Of a DNA stretch of 64,000 nucleotides, positions 24,280-35,526 are shown one piece after another (the stretch's first letter is position 1; each line of letters opens with the position of its first letter). The notes under the pieces are model-generated. The model searched no databases. It saw nothing but the letters and a program-made list of their open reading frames with translations, and was not told the origin of the DNA. The translations under genes were made by a program, and so were the position numbers. Source of the stretch: Octopus sinensis (taxonomy: Eukaryota); assembly GCF_006345805.1 (NCBI RefSeq), contig NC_043016.1:13144001-13208000 (forward strand), in the 5' to 3' direction.

Positions 24280-26280
24280 GCACATCAGACAAAATGCCTA
24301 ACTGCATTTCTTTCAGCATTATATCCTAAGTTCATATTCTGCTGAGGTCGAATTTTGCCTTTCGTCCTTTTGGGGTTGAAAGATTAGTTACCAGTTGAAT
24401 GTGAGGTTGAATTTTCAAATGAAAGCAAACCATTTCTTGAGAAAAAATTGTTATTCAAGCTCCTACGTCTGCAACCTACACCTTTTTTTTTCTTTCTTTT
24501 TATTATTAGTACATATGTTCCTTCATTGTAAAAATGGTTCAGAATTATCTGATCTTTACAAAAGGAATCACAATTTCCCCTGATTTCTGAAAGATAAATT
24601 TTAGATTTTTAATTGTAAACAGCCCTTTTTTTTTTCATACTTTGTTATAGAATCGGTTGGGGAAGATTTTTAGTTTATTACAGTAAGTTACTTGTATTCA
24701 TACACAGGGCAACATTCACCCAGGGCAGGTTGGGCCAGTTCCGGTCAACAAGCTCCCCATGTCCCTCATGAATCCTGACCTCATACAATGGTTAGCCAAC
24801 ATCAAGGTCACAGTAACAGGGACCACACGTGAACTTGTATTTCCACTGAAAATCTCAACATGAACTCTACATTTCATTACAATAAGTTAGAGGCCCAAAA
24901 AAAAAAAAACCCAACAAACAAACAATTCTATTCTTCAAGTTATTCTTATACATTATCAACCAATTATAATCTTCAGTGTTACATTAATTAACTCCTGCAC
25001 ATAAACACATGAGTATTCTTCCTGCAATTATCTTGGAAAATTTTTCATGCTAGAGGGAGGACCCTGCTCTCCAAGAATTAAGCCATTATTTCCTCCCTCC
25101 TCTCTCACTCTGCCAAATATTTTGTTGTTTCTGTCAAGAGCAAATTTTGTCAAACTGTTTTCTTTTTTGTTGTGGTTTTTTCTCTATTGCTGGATAATTC
25201 TTTTGTGTGTTCAAGCAAATGTGTGTGTATGTGCATTATATATTTATATATATATATATATATATAATATATATATATATATATTGTGTGTGTGTAATTT
25301 ATTGGCTTTTTGTGACGTTTCCACTTGAGTATCCTTTGGAATCTCTTGCTTTACGTTTTCAGCAGTTTATCGCTCAAAATCAATCACTGCACTGATCTAT
25401 TTTTAGATGTTTCAATGTGCTGATTATGTTAAGCTTTCTTTGTTGTTGTTGTTGTAGCTAATGTTATTCCTAAATGATTTTTCCTTTCTTTTTCATCATC
25501 AATTATCATCATGTTGATTAACGTTTCATGTTACTTTTTCTGTCTGTTTCGAGGCTATGCTTACTTTTATCTTCATTCAAATTTTCCTTTTTTTCATTTT
25601 TATGGATTTTACCGTTAGTTGCTTTTGCTTAAAGCAGCCAGTCTGTTTTAAAAACTGGTTTATTATTGTTGCAGTTGTTGTTATTATTACTATATTTATT
25701 TATTTATTATTTAGTAGTAATACTTCTATTCATTTTAAATATCTATATGTATGTATATATGCACACACATACTCGTAATTAATCAAAAAGAGAATTTAAA
25801 ATTCATTATTAGCAATAGAAGCAGTAATGGTATAGAATAGCATCCTGTATATCTTGCTTAACATGGATACACTATTGAAAGCTTATCATGTAGATGCATA
25901 AAATGCACTATATATCTATATGAGAAGCTTTCTCAAGAACAGCAGTTTTGTTGTTTTTCTGCAGTATATCTGTTAAGTAAGATATACCAGGAGCTAATTA
26001 AAAATTCCTAGATAAATACTGGTGATAACAGCCATTCTAATCTGTTTCTCAGTTGAGAAACAGATATTCCTTTGCATTCCTTTCAATTGATTGTTCTTGC
26101 AAGAAACAATCAGAATACTCTGTAGGATATAAATCAGATAAGCGCCTGAGAAAACTTAATAAAATGAAGAAATGTGTTTAAATTCTTCTACTATACAGCT
26201 TTTGAATGTTTTGTTTTGGGATAACATGTTAAAGAAACAAAACTAGTTACAGTCTAGAATATTTAGGACTAATTATTTAA

Positions 26281-26491
26281 CCCTTCAGCATCCAGATTAC
26301 TCAGTCAAATGTAATAATTATTTACATTGTTTTGAATTAATCATGCAATTATCTCATATCTTTGAGATTTCAATGATGTGATTGTTTATTTTATAGAATG
26401 ATATTGTAGCTATAAGAGGCCAGATCTGGTCAGTTTGAACATAAATAGATAGAATATTTGGCTGGAAATGGCCAGTTTAAATGATAAAGGG
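26281..26491. mobile_element. piggyBac-like MITE
   Basis: TTAA|cccttcagcat ... atgataaaggg|TTAA. Related copies at ~9630-9825, 11123-11285, ~43385-43545 and 46556-46717. Confidence 0.8.
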
Positions 26492-27839
26492 TTAAAGTAA
26501 CTTCATGATTGAAACAAAAATTTTAAATATATACTTTATTATGATTTTCCATATATTTATTATATTGTCTGATGTATTTTGTCATGTATATATTATAATA
26601 TATATATATAGTTTTGCATCCTTTGCATGTGTTTATCTTACACCACAACCCCGGATATTTTGCGGGGATTTTTCCTTGCACTTTTTTCTTTAGAAAAACA
26701 TAAGTCTTTTGCAACAATTTAATTATATATGTCCAATTGTGTATAAAATGAATTTGACTTTGTTGTTTTTCCCTTTTTTTTTTGTCCGTCTTCATTATGA
26801 AAGTGTAGTTTCCTTGTTAATTATCACGCCATCTAATACTGGGATGTTTTTTTTTTTTTTTTTGTGAACTAACGACTTTCTTATCAAGTGAAATAATAGG
26901 GATGTCTAAATATCTTCTTTCAAAACTCATACACTCACAAATACATACACACATTCTCTCTCTTTCTCTCTCTCTCACACTCACATACACACACAAAACT
27001 GTTGCTCTCGTTTAATACAATGGGGTCCTATGAAATACTTATAGAAAAAAAAAAAAGAAACTATTTTTCAAGAGGTTTTAATTTAATCAGTTATTTTGTA
27101 AACTATATCATTTCTAAGAAGTGTCAAGACTCTGAATCTTTCAATATCATCATCATCATCACCATCAGTACTGCCACCACCATCATCATCATCACCACCT
27201 CCACCATCATCATCACCACCACCTCCACCACAAAATAATTAACAATACTTTCCTTCAGTAACACAATGTCTTTGCAATATTTTTATGTCATGCGGCAATA
27301 AATTGGCAATGTTGTTAGTATATCAGTCAAAATAGCTTATGTGCGTATATTTACATTCTAGGTTCAAATCTTGCTAAAAATGTTTTCTTCTTGGGTTTAA
27401 TGAAATAATGTCAAGTACTAAAGTCAATTTAGCTAGCTGTTTCTTTCCCTGAAATTTATGGTCTGTGCCTCACTTAGAAGAAACTGATATTTCTGTTTTA
27501 AGCCAGTGGAGTAATATTGTTTGCACATTGGACAAAGGTGCCTTGCAGTATTTGATCCTGCACCTTACATACCTGGCTTAACCTCTGCCAAGGTGAACTT
27601 TGCCTTTTGTCCTTCAGAGACTGAGAAAATGTGGTAGCAATCTAGTACTGGGGTTGATTAAATTGATTAACTACTTCCCTGAAATTTGCATATTAGAAAT
27701 GATTATTGTTATATGGTTTCCTTTTTTTTCCCTTTTATCTAAATGGAGGGCTTTTATACTTGATCCAAAACATAAACAAAAAAGAAGCATTATTGTCTTT
27801 ATACAATATTATCTACCATTATAGTTTCTTTAATGTCAG

Positions 27840-28490
27840 ATTTGCAGATGTCTTACTTTTCTGTGACACTTCCTAGGGGGCTCTCACTCTTAAGAAATTT
27901 AGTGAAAGTGCTGTTGTTACCCTTGACATCAGCAAAGTTCTTGATCATGACCACCATGCAAATCTCCTTAGCATTTCTGGACTTCATTCATTATGTCAAG
28001 GAGTGATGACTTTCTATCTTGTGGGCTAGGACCATGTTTCAAACACTAGCACTTCTCTTCAAGGCCAGGAGGTACTTCAGCTGCCCCAACGGTTCTTGGT
28101 ACTGCACAAAGCTCAGGTAAAGCATACAATCGAGTGTTGCTCTCACATCTGAGACAGGACACTACTACATGCTCAGACATCCTAAACCACATCTAGATTT
28201 TCTGACACTCCAACTGATTGGTATCAAGTCACTCAGTGGCACACTCCAGCCTCTGCCCCCACAGACGTGCTGTCTCGTCTCTGTCTTTTCTACTGCTATA
28301 TATATTGGCCTTTGTCCCTTGGAGCTGGCTTGTGATTCACTCGTCTCTTCTAGCTACATCCATGTTGTGTCTAGCACATTAAACCCTGCGCTGACCACCA
28401 CACCCAATACTTCCTTCCCATGCTGTTGGATCTCTGGAATTCTCTCCCAGCTTTTATCTTTACTGCAGATTTCAACTTGAAACATTAAGT
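27840..28490 (+). mobile_element. CR1-like LINE relic
   Basis: VVTLDISKVLD (cf. RT motif xxxLDISKAFD) and a terminal SFPCCWISGI-like segment resembling SFFPxTxxLWNSLP; heavily decayed. Confidence 0.55.
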
Positions 28491-31203
28491 CTTGGGAGGC
28501 TTGTAAAGACTATGGATACAATTCCTTTCTCCTGGTTTGGTAAATTAAAAAAAAAAAATTTTAATATTTACTAACATATCAAGTATTAATTTTAGATGTT
28601 AATTAGAAGTGAAATTATATACACAACAGCTAGATAAGTGCAAGGAATCTGTTGCATATTTAAGCCAAGGTGGTTGTAGTTTGTTAGAACATATTAACAG
28701 TCTTGTACAATCGCATGTAATTCTACAAAATAATAGTGATCCGTTTTCGGTCAGCATAACAATCACCATTTCTACTACTCTTACAAAAACCTAACAAATC
28801 TTTGAAATAACACTGCCAGCCTCTGATATTAAGGGACTTTCTTGAACCATGTAACATTGAAAATTTTCCTCAAATTCACTCCACATATCTATGTGATTTA
28901 TCAGGTCTTATCAACATCAGTTCTTAGTAAATACCTTTTGTCAGGTTTTATGTAAGATGCCATTGTTTGTTTTGTTTTGTTTTGTTTTTTTTTAAAGAAA
29001 GAAACCTTGATGTATGTGTGTGTGTGTGTGTGTGTGTGCATATGAGTATGTGTGTTTATATAGAACGAACACTTTACTATTGCAAGTGCTGCTGTAATCT
29101 GTGTCTGAATGAAGGAATCAATGTCTCATGTAGCAATAGAAGCAGCAGCTCTGTAGGTGTTTCAACCTCTTTTACTGTAACACCAGCGCTTCCTGGGGCC
29201 ACCACTAATGCAGTTGATGAAATTCCTGCATGAACTTATTTGAGTCAGATGTAACAACTCAGGGGCCAAATCTTGTTCCTGTTACCCACCATGCTTCTTT
29301 TTGTACGTCCTCTCTTTCTTGAGCCACATGGAATGGCTTGTTTACTCAGCAGCTTCCAATAATTTTCAAGTGATTTTCTTTTCTCTCCTTGACAGCTAAT
29401 CCATGACCCCTGAGCATTGAGTGACCACTGGTTCCAACAAATCCTGAAACACCTTTACTTCAGTTGAAATTGTTAAAGTAGGGTTTGTACCCCAACCTTG
29501 TAAAACCCTCACCAGCAATGACTACCCAAACAGACCCCTGGGTTTGGAGGATTGATGCCTGAGTGGTGTTGAGGTGTTATCTGCCAGGAGTAGAAGGGTG
29601 GATGCAGTGACAAGGTTTTTACAGTGCATGGCCCCATTCTACTACAAAGGGGTACCAGCTTCAGTAATCACTAATCAATGTTGCTGGTGCCATTACTGTT
29701 GTACGTCAGGGAGCCCATGTTTGGTCTTTGAAGGATCAATAAGTTCAAACTTTAAAATAATTATTTCAAGTGTCATTTTTTTTCTTTTTTTGGAGGGCGG
29801 GGTGATGGCAGTGATGTGGGGGAGAATAAGAGGAGAAAGATGAAACATTTGAGTTTTAGAGGGTTGATGTGACTACAATATAGAGAAGATATGAACATAA
29901 AATTTTAGAAACTTGTTGAGAGATATGAAATAAATCTTAACAGTTGGAATTGAAGTAGAATACACTATATATATAAAATGTATATATGTGTATATACTTT
30001 AAGTTGTAAAAAGACATCACAAAAAAATGAGTTTCACATTCCCATTCATCAGGCAGTTTTGGATGAGAATAAAAACTGTCCAATGAATGGGAACATGAAA
30101 CTCTGAGTAACAGTTTTTTGTAATGTTTTTGCAGCTTTAATAATAATAAAGCATATTACTCTACCTCCTGTATTTGAGCACTATTTTTTTCCACCTTGTT
30201 TCACATGTGCTTACTCTCATATATATATATATGTATATATATGAATAAAACATAGGTAGGTGTTAGGGAAATAAAATGTCAGTATTTTCCCCCCTAAATA
30301 TTGACAAACCTTACAAAATTTTTTGCATTATTTCTTTGTTTTTTTTTTGTCATATTCATATTCTTTATGAAAAATTAATAGGAAGGAAGAGTTAAGATTT
30401 TCTTAATGACTCCTGCAATCATTTTGTTGTATTTTAAAGCAAATTGTTTTTGTGATTTTTTTTTGTTTTTCCTAATAAAGGAATTGTAATGTTTCTACAC
30501 CATGGACTATTATTATTATACTGCCTTCTCTCTGTTTTTACAGTCATATGACAATATTATTATTTCCTCTATTTATCAACTGTCGTTGAAACTGAAAACT
30601 GCTACAGATAGGACTATTCAAAAATTGAGGTTTGTTGTTTTTGTTAATATATTTTTTCTCAACTTCTTAATTCAATTTAAATAATGAGAGAAAATTGCCA
30701 TCAGATTTCAAAGTGTGATTGAGTGACACTCAAACACATATCCATTTAATGGTTTTGTTGTATATTTGTTACTTGTGAAAGCGTCCCACCCATGCTAGCA
30801 TGGATGGTGGGCGTTTGATGGTGATGAAGGCCACAAGAAGGTATTACCTTGTTTGGAAATAGATTCCTCATGATTGGATCCCCTTTCTGTTGCCGTCCTT
30901 CACCTACCTCAATGAATACTGTATGACCCATTCAGGCATGGGAAAATAAATGTTAAAATAGTGGATGATGATTGCAATAATTAATTATTAGAGAATTTAG
31001 ACAAAATGTCTTGTGGCAATTCTTCCTGCCCTTTTTTTTTTTTCCACCTCCCAATTTTTTCTGGGACCACCCTTATCGTCTATCCTTCCAGAATTATTGA
31101 AGTTAACATTATAAGCTGTCCCACTTTCTCACGATTTATGGCCTTGTAACTTTATTAGAAATCAGTACTGTTAATATGGCTTATATATATATATATATAT
31201 ATA

Positions 31204-31365
31204 TACAAAAAATTTAGGACTGACTACTAAAAAAAATGGACAGCCACTTTGGTTTTTTGCTGAATTTTTCTTGAGAACACATTCTTCGTGGAAAATGGCG
31301 ATTTTGACGTCTATATCTAGCATATAGGCTGTCCACTTTTAGTGGTCAGTCCTCTAAATTTTGTA
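31204..31365. mobile_element. Small TIR MITE inserted at a (TA)n tract
   Basis: tacaaaaaatttaggactgactactaaaa...ggacagcc vs ggctgtcc...ttttagtggtcagtcctctaaattttgta. Confidence 0.75.
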
Positions 31366-31536
31366 TGTAAAAAAAAAATGTCTAATCTTCGGATTTTTAA
31401 AAATATGCTAGGCCACTGGTTTTAATTGATTGATATCAATTTCTACCCTTATTTAATTTTATATATTCATATTCATATTCTTTTAATTATGTCCAGTTAT
31501 TCTTAATTATTTCTTAATTATGTATGCATCAAACAG

Positions 31537-31685
31537 AGAAAGTAATAAAGTCAGTCAGACACCATCTCCCGTGGATGATTATTTAACTGATCCATCGTCT
31601 AGTGAAATGCCAGCTTGGAAAAGTGCTAACCAAGAACTTGCAGCGATTCTTTGTATATTAAGGAAAATAGAACATCGGATTCATG
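31537..31685 (+). CDS. Penultimate coding exon of an unidentified host gene: (x)ESNKVSQTPSPVDDYLTDPSSSEMPAWKSANQELAAILCILRKIEHRIH
   Basis: cag| acceptor, perfect G|GTAAGT donor, open frame, phase 2 to 1. It joins in frame to the exon at 33130. Confidence 0.8.
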
Positions 31686-31829
31686 GTAAGTTCTATTTTA
31701 TTGCCTTGTTACAGAAACCATTTTACAATGGTTATCTTAAAATATTCTTCCTTGTATTATTCCGATAAGAATTTATTTTTATTAGTGTCCAGTGAAGGAA
31801 ATATTCTGGTTTTATTCTGTACGTATGTT

Positions 31830-32190
31830 TCAGTCATTGAACTGTGGCCATGCTGGGGCACCACCTTCAAAGGTTTGGTCAAACAAATTGACCCCAGTGT
31901 CTATTTTTTTTTTTTAAGTTTGGTACTTATTGTGCCGGTTTTTTTTTTTTTTTGCCAAACTGCTAAGTTACAGGGATATAAGCAAATCAGCAATAGTTGT
32001 CAAGCACTAAGGGACATGGACAAACGGAACGGACACGGACACACACGTCTATCAAATACACTCACAAGGCTTTAGTTGGCCCAAAGTTATATTAGAAGAC
32101 CCTTGCCCAAGATGCCACACAGTGGGACTGAACCCAGAACCATGTGGTTGGGAAACGAACTTCTTACCGTGTGCCCACACTTGTACCTAT
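31830..32190 (-). mobile_element. tRNA-derived SINE family A in the last intron
   Basis: Colinear with 42965-43365. Confidence 0.85.
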
Positions 32191-32428
32191 ATAGCTATAA
32201 GTTTTTATAACAGGTGATGTGCATTCCTGCAGGCCACAAGACAGAGAATGTGTGAGTGGAAATAATATAAGATCTGATATCTCCCTGGGGTAGAAATCAC
32301 AATAGTAGTTGTAGATAAAACAAAAGAGAAGAGGCAGCAGCACGTCTCTGGAATGGAGACTGCACTGTTTGCTGGTGATTACTTTATGATAACATGTTAC
32401 ATGACCTTCCTTTGGATGAGGTTGAGGA

Positions 32429-32459
<31 letters not shown>

Positions 32460-32481
32460 AACTGCTTCAATGTCACATAGT

Positions 32482-32514
<33 letters not shown>

Positions 32515-32734
32515 TCATCTCTCTCTCTCCCTCTTTTCACACAATCATTGATTCCCCCCCCCCCTCCCAATAAAAACATCAAAATACATTGATGATATAT
32601 CAGGAATTTAACAACATGCACTGACAAGGGAAATCTAGGAGGTTCGACATGCTAGAAATAACAGCCAGATCTCCTTCAAATTATTGTTTACCATCTTAAA
32701 AATTCATTATGTTCATTATGATTATTATTATTTA

Positions 32735-33030
32735 AGATGGCGAGCTGACAGAATCGTTACTCTGCTGGTAAAAATGCTTAGCGGGATTCCTTCTGACTTT
32801 TGTAATTACTAAGGCAAACAAGCCGGGAGAATCGTTAGCGCATTGAACAAAAAGCATTTCTCCGAGTTCTTTACGTTCTGAGTTGAAATCCCAGAATGAG
32901 GTCGATTTTGCCTTTCATTCCTTTCAGTTTTGATGAAATAAGTATCCATTGGGTACTGGGGTCGATGTAGTTGACTAGCCCCTTCTCTCAACAAATTTTA
33001 GGGCTTGTGTCTAGTGCAGAAAGGATTATT
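32735..33030 (+). mobile_element. tRNA-derived SINE family E (ATT-flanked) in the last intron
   Basis: Head gatggcgagctgacagaatcgttac..., body ttctgagttgaaatcc...gcctttcattcc...ctggggtcgatgt, tail gaaaggattattatt. Confidence 0.8.
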
Positions 33031-33129
33031 ATTATGTTAAATACTGAAGTGGCAGCATGTCACCTTCATTTAAATTTAAATTAATTTTCTCTCTCTTTTT
33101 TTAATTTTTTTTTTTTTTTTAATTCTTAG

Positions 33130-33362
33130 TTATTGACCGGGTGCTCTTCCCAGACAAAGATAATGGAATTGATTCTGATGGCCTTACCCAACGTGAAAAA
33201 CAGCTTTATCTGCAGGAAATAGAAAGGATACGAACAGAGATTGCAGGCTTCCAACCAATCGACAATCCAGAAGATAAAATGTGGAAAAAAAAGCAAAGGC
33301 ACCCGCAAGGAAACAGTTCAACATGCCATGCTATTGGCTTAACAGAAGAAGAGCTATTCTAG
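33130..33362 (+). CDS. Terminal coding exon: (V)IDRVLFPDKDNGIDSDGLTQREKQLYLQEIERIRTEIAGFQPIDNPEDKMWKKKQRHPQGNSSTCHAIGLTEEELF*
   Basis: Long poly-T tract + ttcttag acceptor; phase 1 matches the upstream donor; ends at TAG and is followed by AT/U-rich UTR-like sequence. Confidence 0.8.
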
Positions 33363-33393
33363 AGAGACTTTCTCTTAGTTAAGATACCCAGGC

Positions 33394-33418
<25 letters not shown>

Positions 33419-33424
<6 letters not shown>

Positions 33425-34454
33425 GTATATATGTATGTATGGTGTGTGCATGTAAAATTTAATGTTTCAGATTTGTGATCCGTTCATTTTTACATTCACT
33501 GCCTTTAATTTGCATTAACGTCATCAATTAATGTATTTCTGTTAATAATTTATTTAAAATGGATTTTATTTTATATTTTCATTTGCAAACTACAGCCAAC
33601 GTTATTAATAGTAATTTATTTTATTTGTTTTATGTCTTTTTTTTTTAACTGTTTCATTTTTTTCTTCTTCCTTCATTCTCTCTTGTCTGTGTTAGATATT
33701 TATTTATACATTCAGATAGTATTTCAAGAGGTTTTTTTTTTTTTTTTTTAAATTGTTGTATTTCAGGTATTTCATATTTTGAGTAGACTGCAGATTTTAT
33801 AGATATTCTTGCTTTTGGTACAGTTGAAACAGAATCAGACCAGTGTGTGTGTTAGATGTGAGCCACAATACACCATAGTCCATTTAACAATATGAAGTTT
33901 TTCCTCTAGTTTAATCAGAAACAAAAACCAGTTATGCTACCGTCCCAAGTCAACAGTTTTTTTTTTTTTGGAGTTTATTCCGAATACTTTAAGAAATATT
34001 AATAGTTTAAATTTGTTATAACTGTTACTGTTTGAATGATAATTATATAACCTATATTAGGTAGGTTTGTGGGTTAATTCTAAATGGATTGCAAGGTTTA
34101 TCCACTATCAGGGAAACTCACCGCAAAGCAAAATATGCACCTAATTCAATAAAATTATGAAGGTTACTCTGATTCCTATGCATAAAATGCAAAATATTTT
34201 GGGGTTTTTTTTGGCAGGTTAGGTAGACATAATTTGCCTGCCTTTCAATCTCAGTATTTAAACCTATGCATGGTTCTGCTCTAGTACACGTGCCGCGTAC
34301 ATTCCTACCACAACATTTTCTTTAAGCGCTTTAAAGGCAGAAGTAAATCTGCCTTTGACTCAGTTGTGTGCCTGAGTTTTGCTTTTTTTTGTGTTTTACT
34401 GCATAATCATCACCAACTGCCTACCCTGGGTAATTACTGATGATACCGTACCTG

Positions 34455-34492
<38 letters not shown>

Positions 34493-35526
34493 GTATATAT
34501 GTATGTATGGTGTGTGCATGTAAAATTTAATGTTTCAGATTTGTGATCCGTTCATTTTTACATTCACTGCCTTTAATTTGCATTAACGTCATCAATTAAT
34601 GTATTTCTGTTAATAATTTATTTAAAATGGATTTTATTTTATATTTTCATTTGCAAACTACAGCCACGTTATTAATAGTAATTTATTTTATTTGTTTTAT
34701 GTCTTTTTTTTTTAACTGTTTCATTTTTTTCTTCTTCCTTCATTCTCTCTTGTCTGTGTTAGATATTTATTTATACATTCAGATAGTATTTCAAGAGGTT
34801 TTTTTTTTTTTTTTTTAAATTGTTGTATTTCAGGTATTTCATATTTTGAGTAGACTGCAGATTTTATAGATATTCTTGCTTTTGGTACAGTTGAAACAGA
34901 ATCAGACCAGTGTGTGTGTTAGATGTGAGCCACAATACACCATAGTCCATTTAACAATATGAAGTTTTTCCTCTAGTTTAATCAGAAACAAAAACCAGTT
35001 ATGCTACCGTCCCAAGTCAACAGTTTTTTTTTTTTTGGAGTTTATTCCGAATACTTTAAGAAATATTAATAGTTTAAATTTGTTATAACTGTTACTGTTT
35101 GAATGATAATTATATAACCTATATTAGGTAGGTTTGTGGGTTAATTCTAAATGGATTGCAAGGTTTATCCACTATCAGGGAAACTCACCGCAAAGCAAAA
35201 TATGCACCTAATTCAATAAAATTATGAAGGTTACTCTGATTCCTATGCATAAAATGCAAAATATTTTGGGGTTTTTTTTGGCAGGTTAGGTAGACATAAT
35301 TTGCCTGCCTTTCAATCTCAGTATTAAACCTATGCATGGTTCTGCTCTAGTACACGTGCCGCGTACATTCCTACCACAACATTTTCTTTAAGCGCTTTAA
35401 AGGCAGAAGTAAATCTGCCTTTGACTCAGTTGTGTGCCTGAGTTTTGCTTTTTTTTGTGTTTTACTGCATAATCATCACCAACTGCCTACCCTGGGTAAT
35501 TACTGATGATACCGTACCTGATATGT
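33419..35526. repeat. ~1068-bp direct tandem duplication of the putative 3' UTR, bounded and separated by (AT)n
   Basis: Cores at 33419-34460 and 34487-35526; the differences seen are single-base indels (cagccaacg/cagccacg, gtatttaaac/gtattaaac, T-run lengths). Confidence 0.95.
34148..34153 (+). terminator. Candidate polyadenylation signal AATAAA (duplicated at 35215-35220)
   Basis: Canonical hexamer ~790 nt after the stop at 33362; usage is unproven. Confidence 0.35.

Noticed and set aside
31640-33150. IHVIDRVLFP as a fasciclin (FAS1) H2 motif, or ELAAIL..LR.I..RI...VIDR as a nicotinic-receptor MA helix
   Set aside because: Upstream sequence lacks the FAS1 fold motifs and no hydrophobic M4 helix follows VIDR; the similarity is too short to call.
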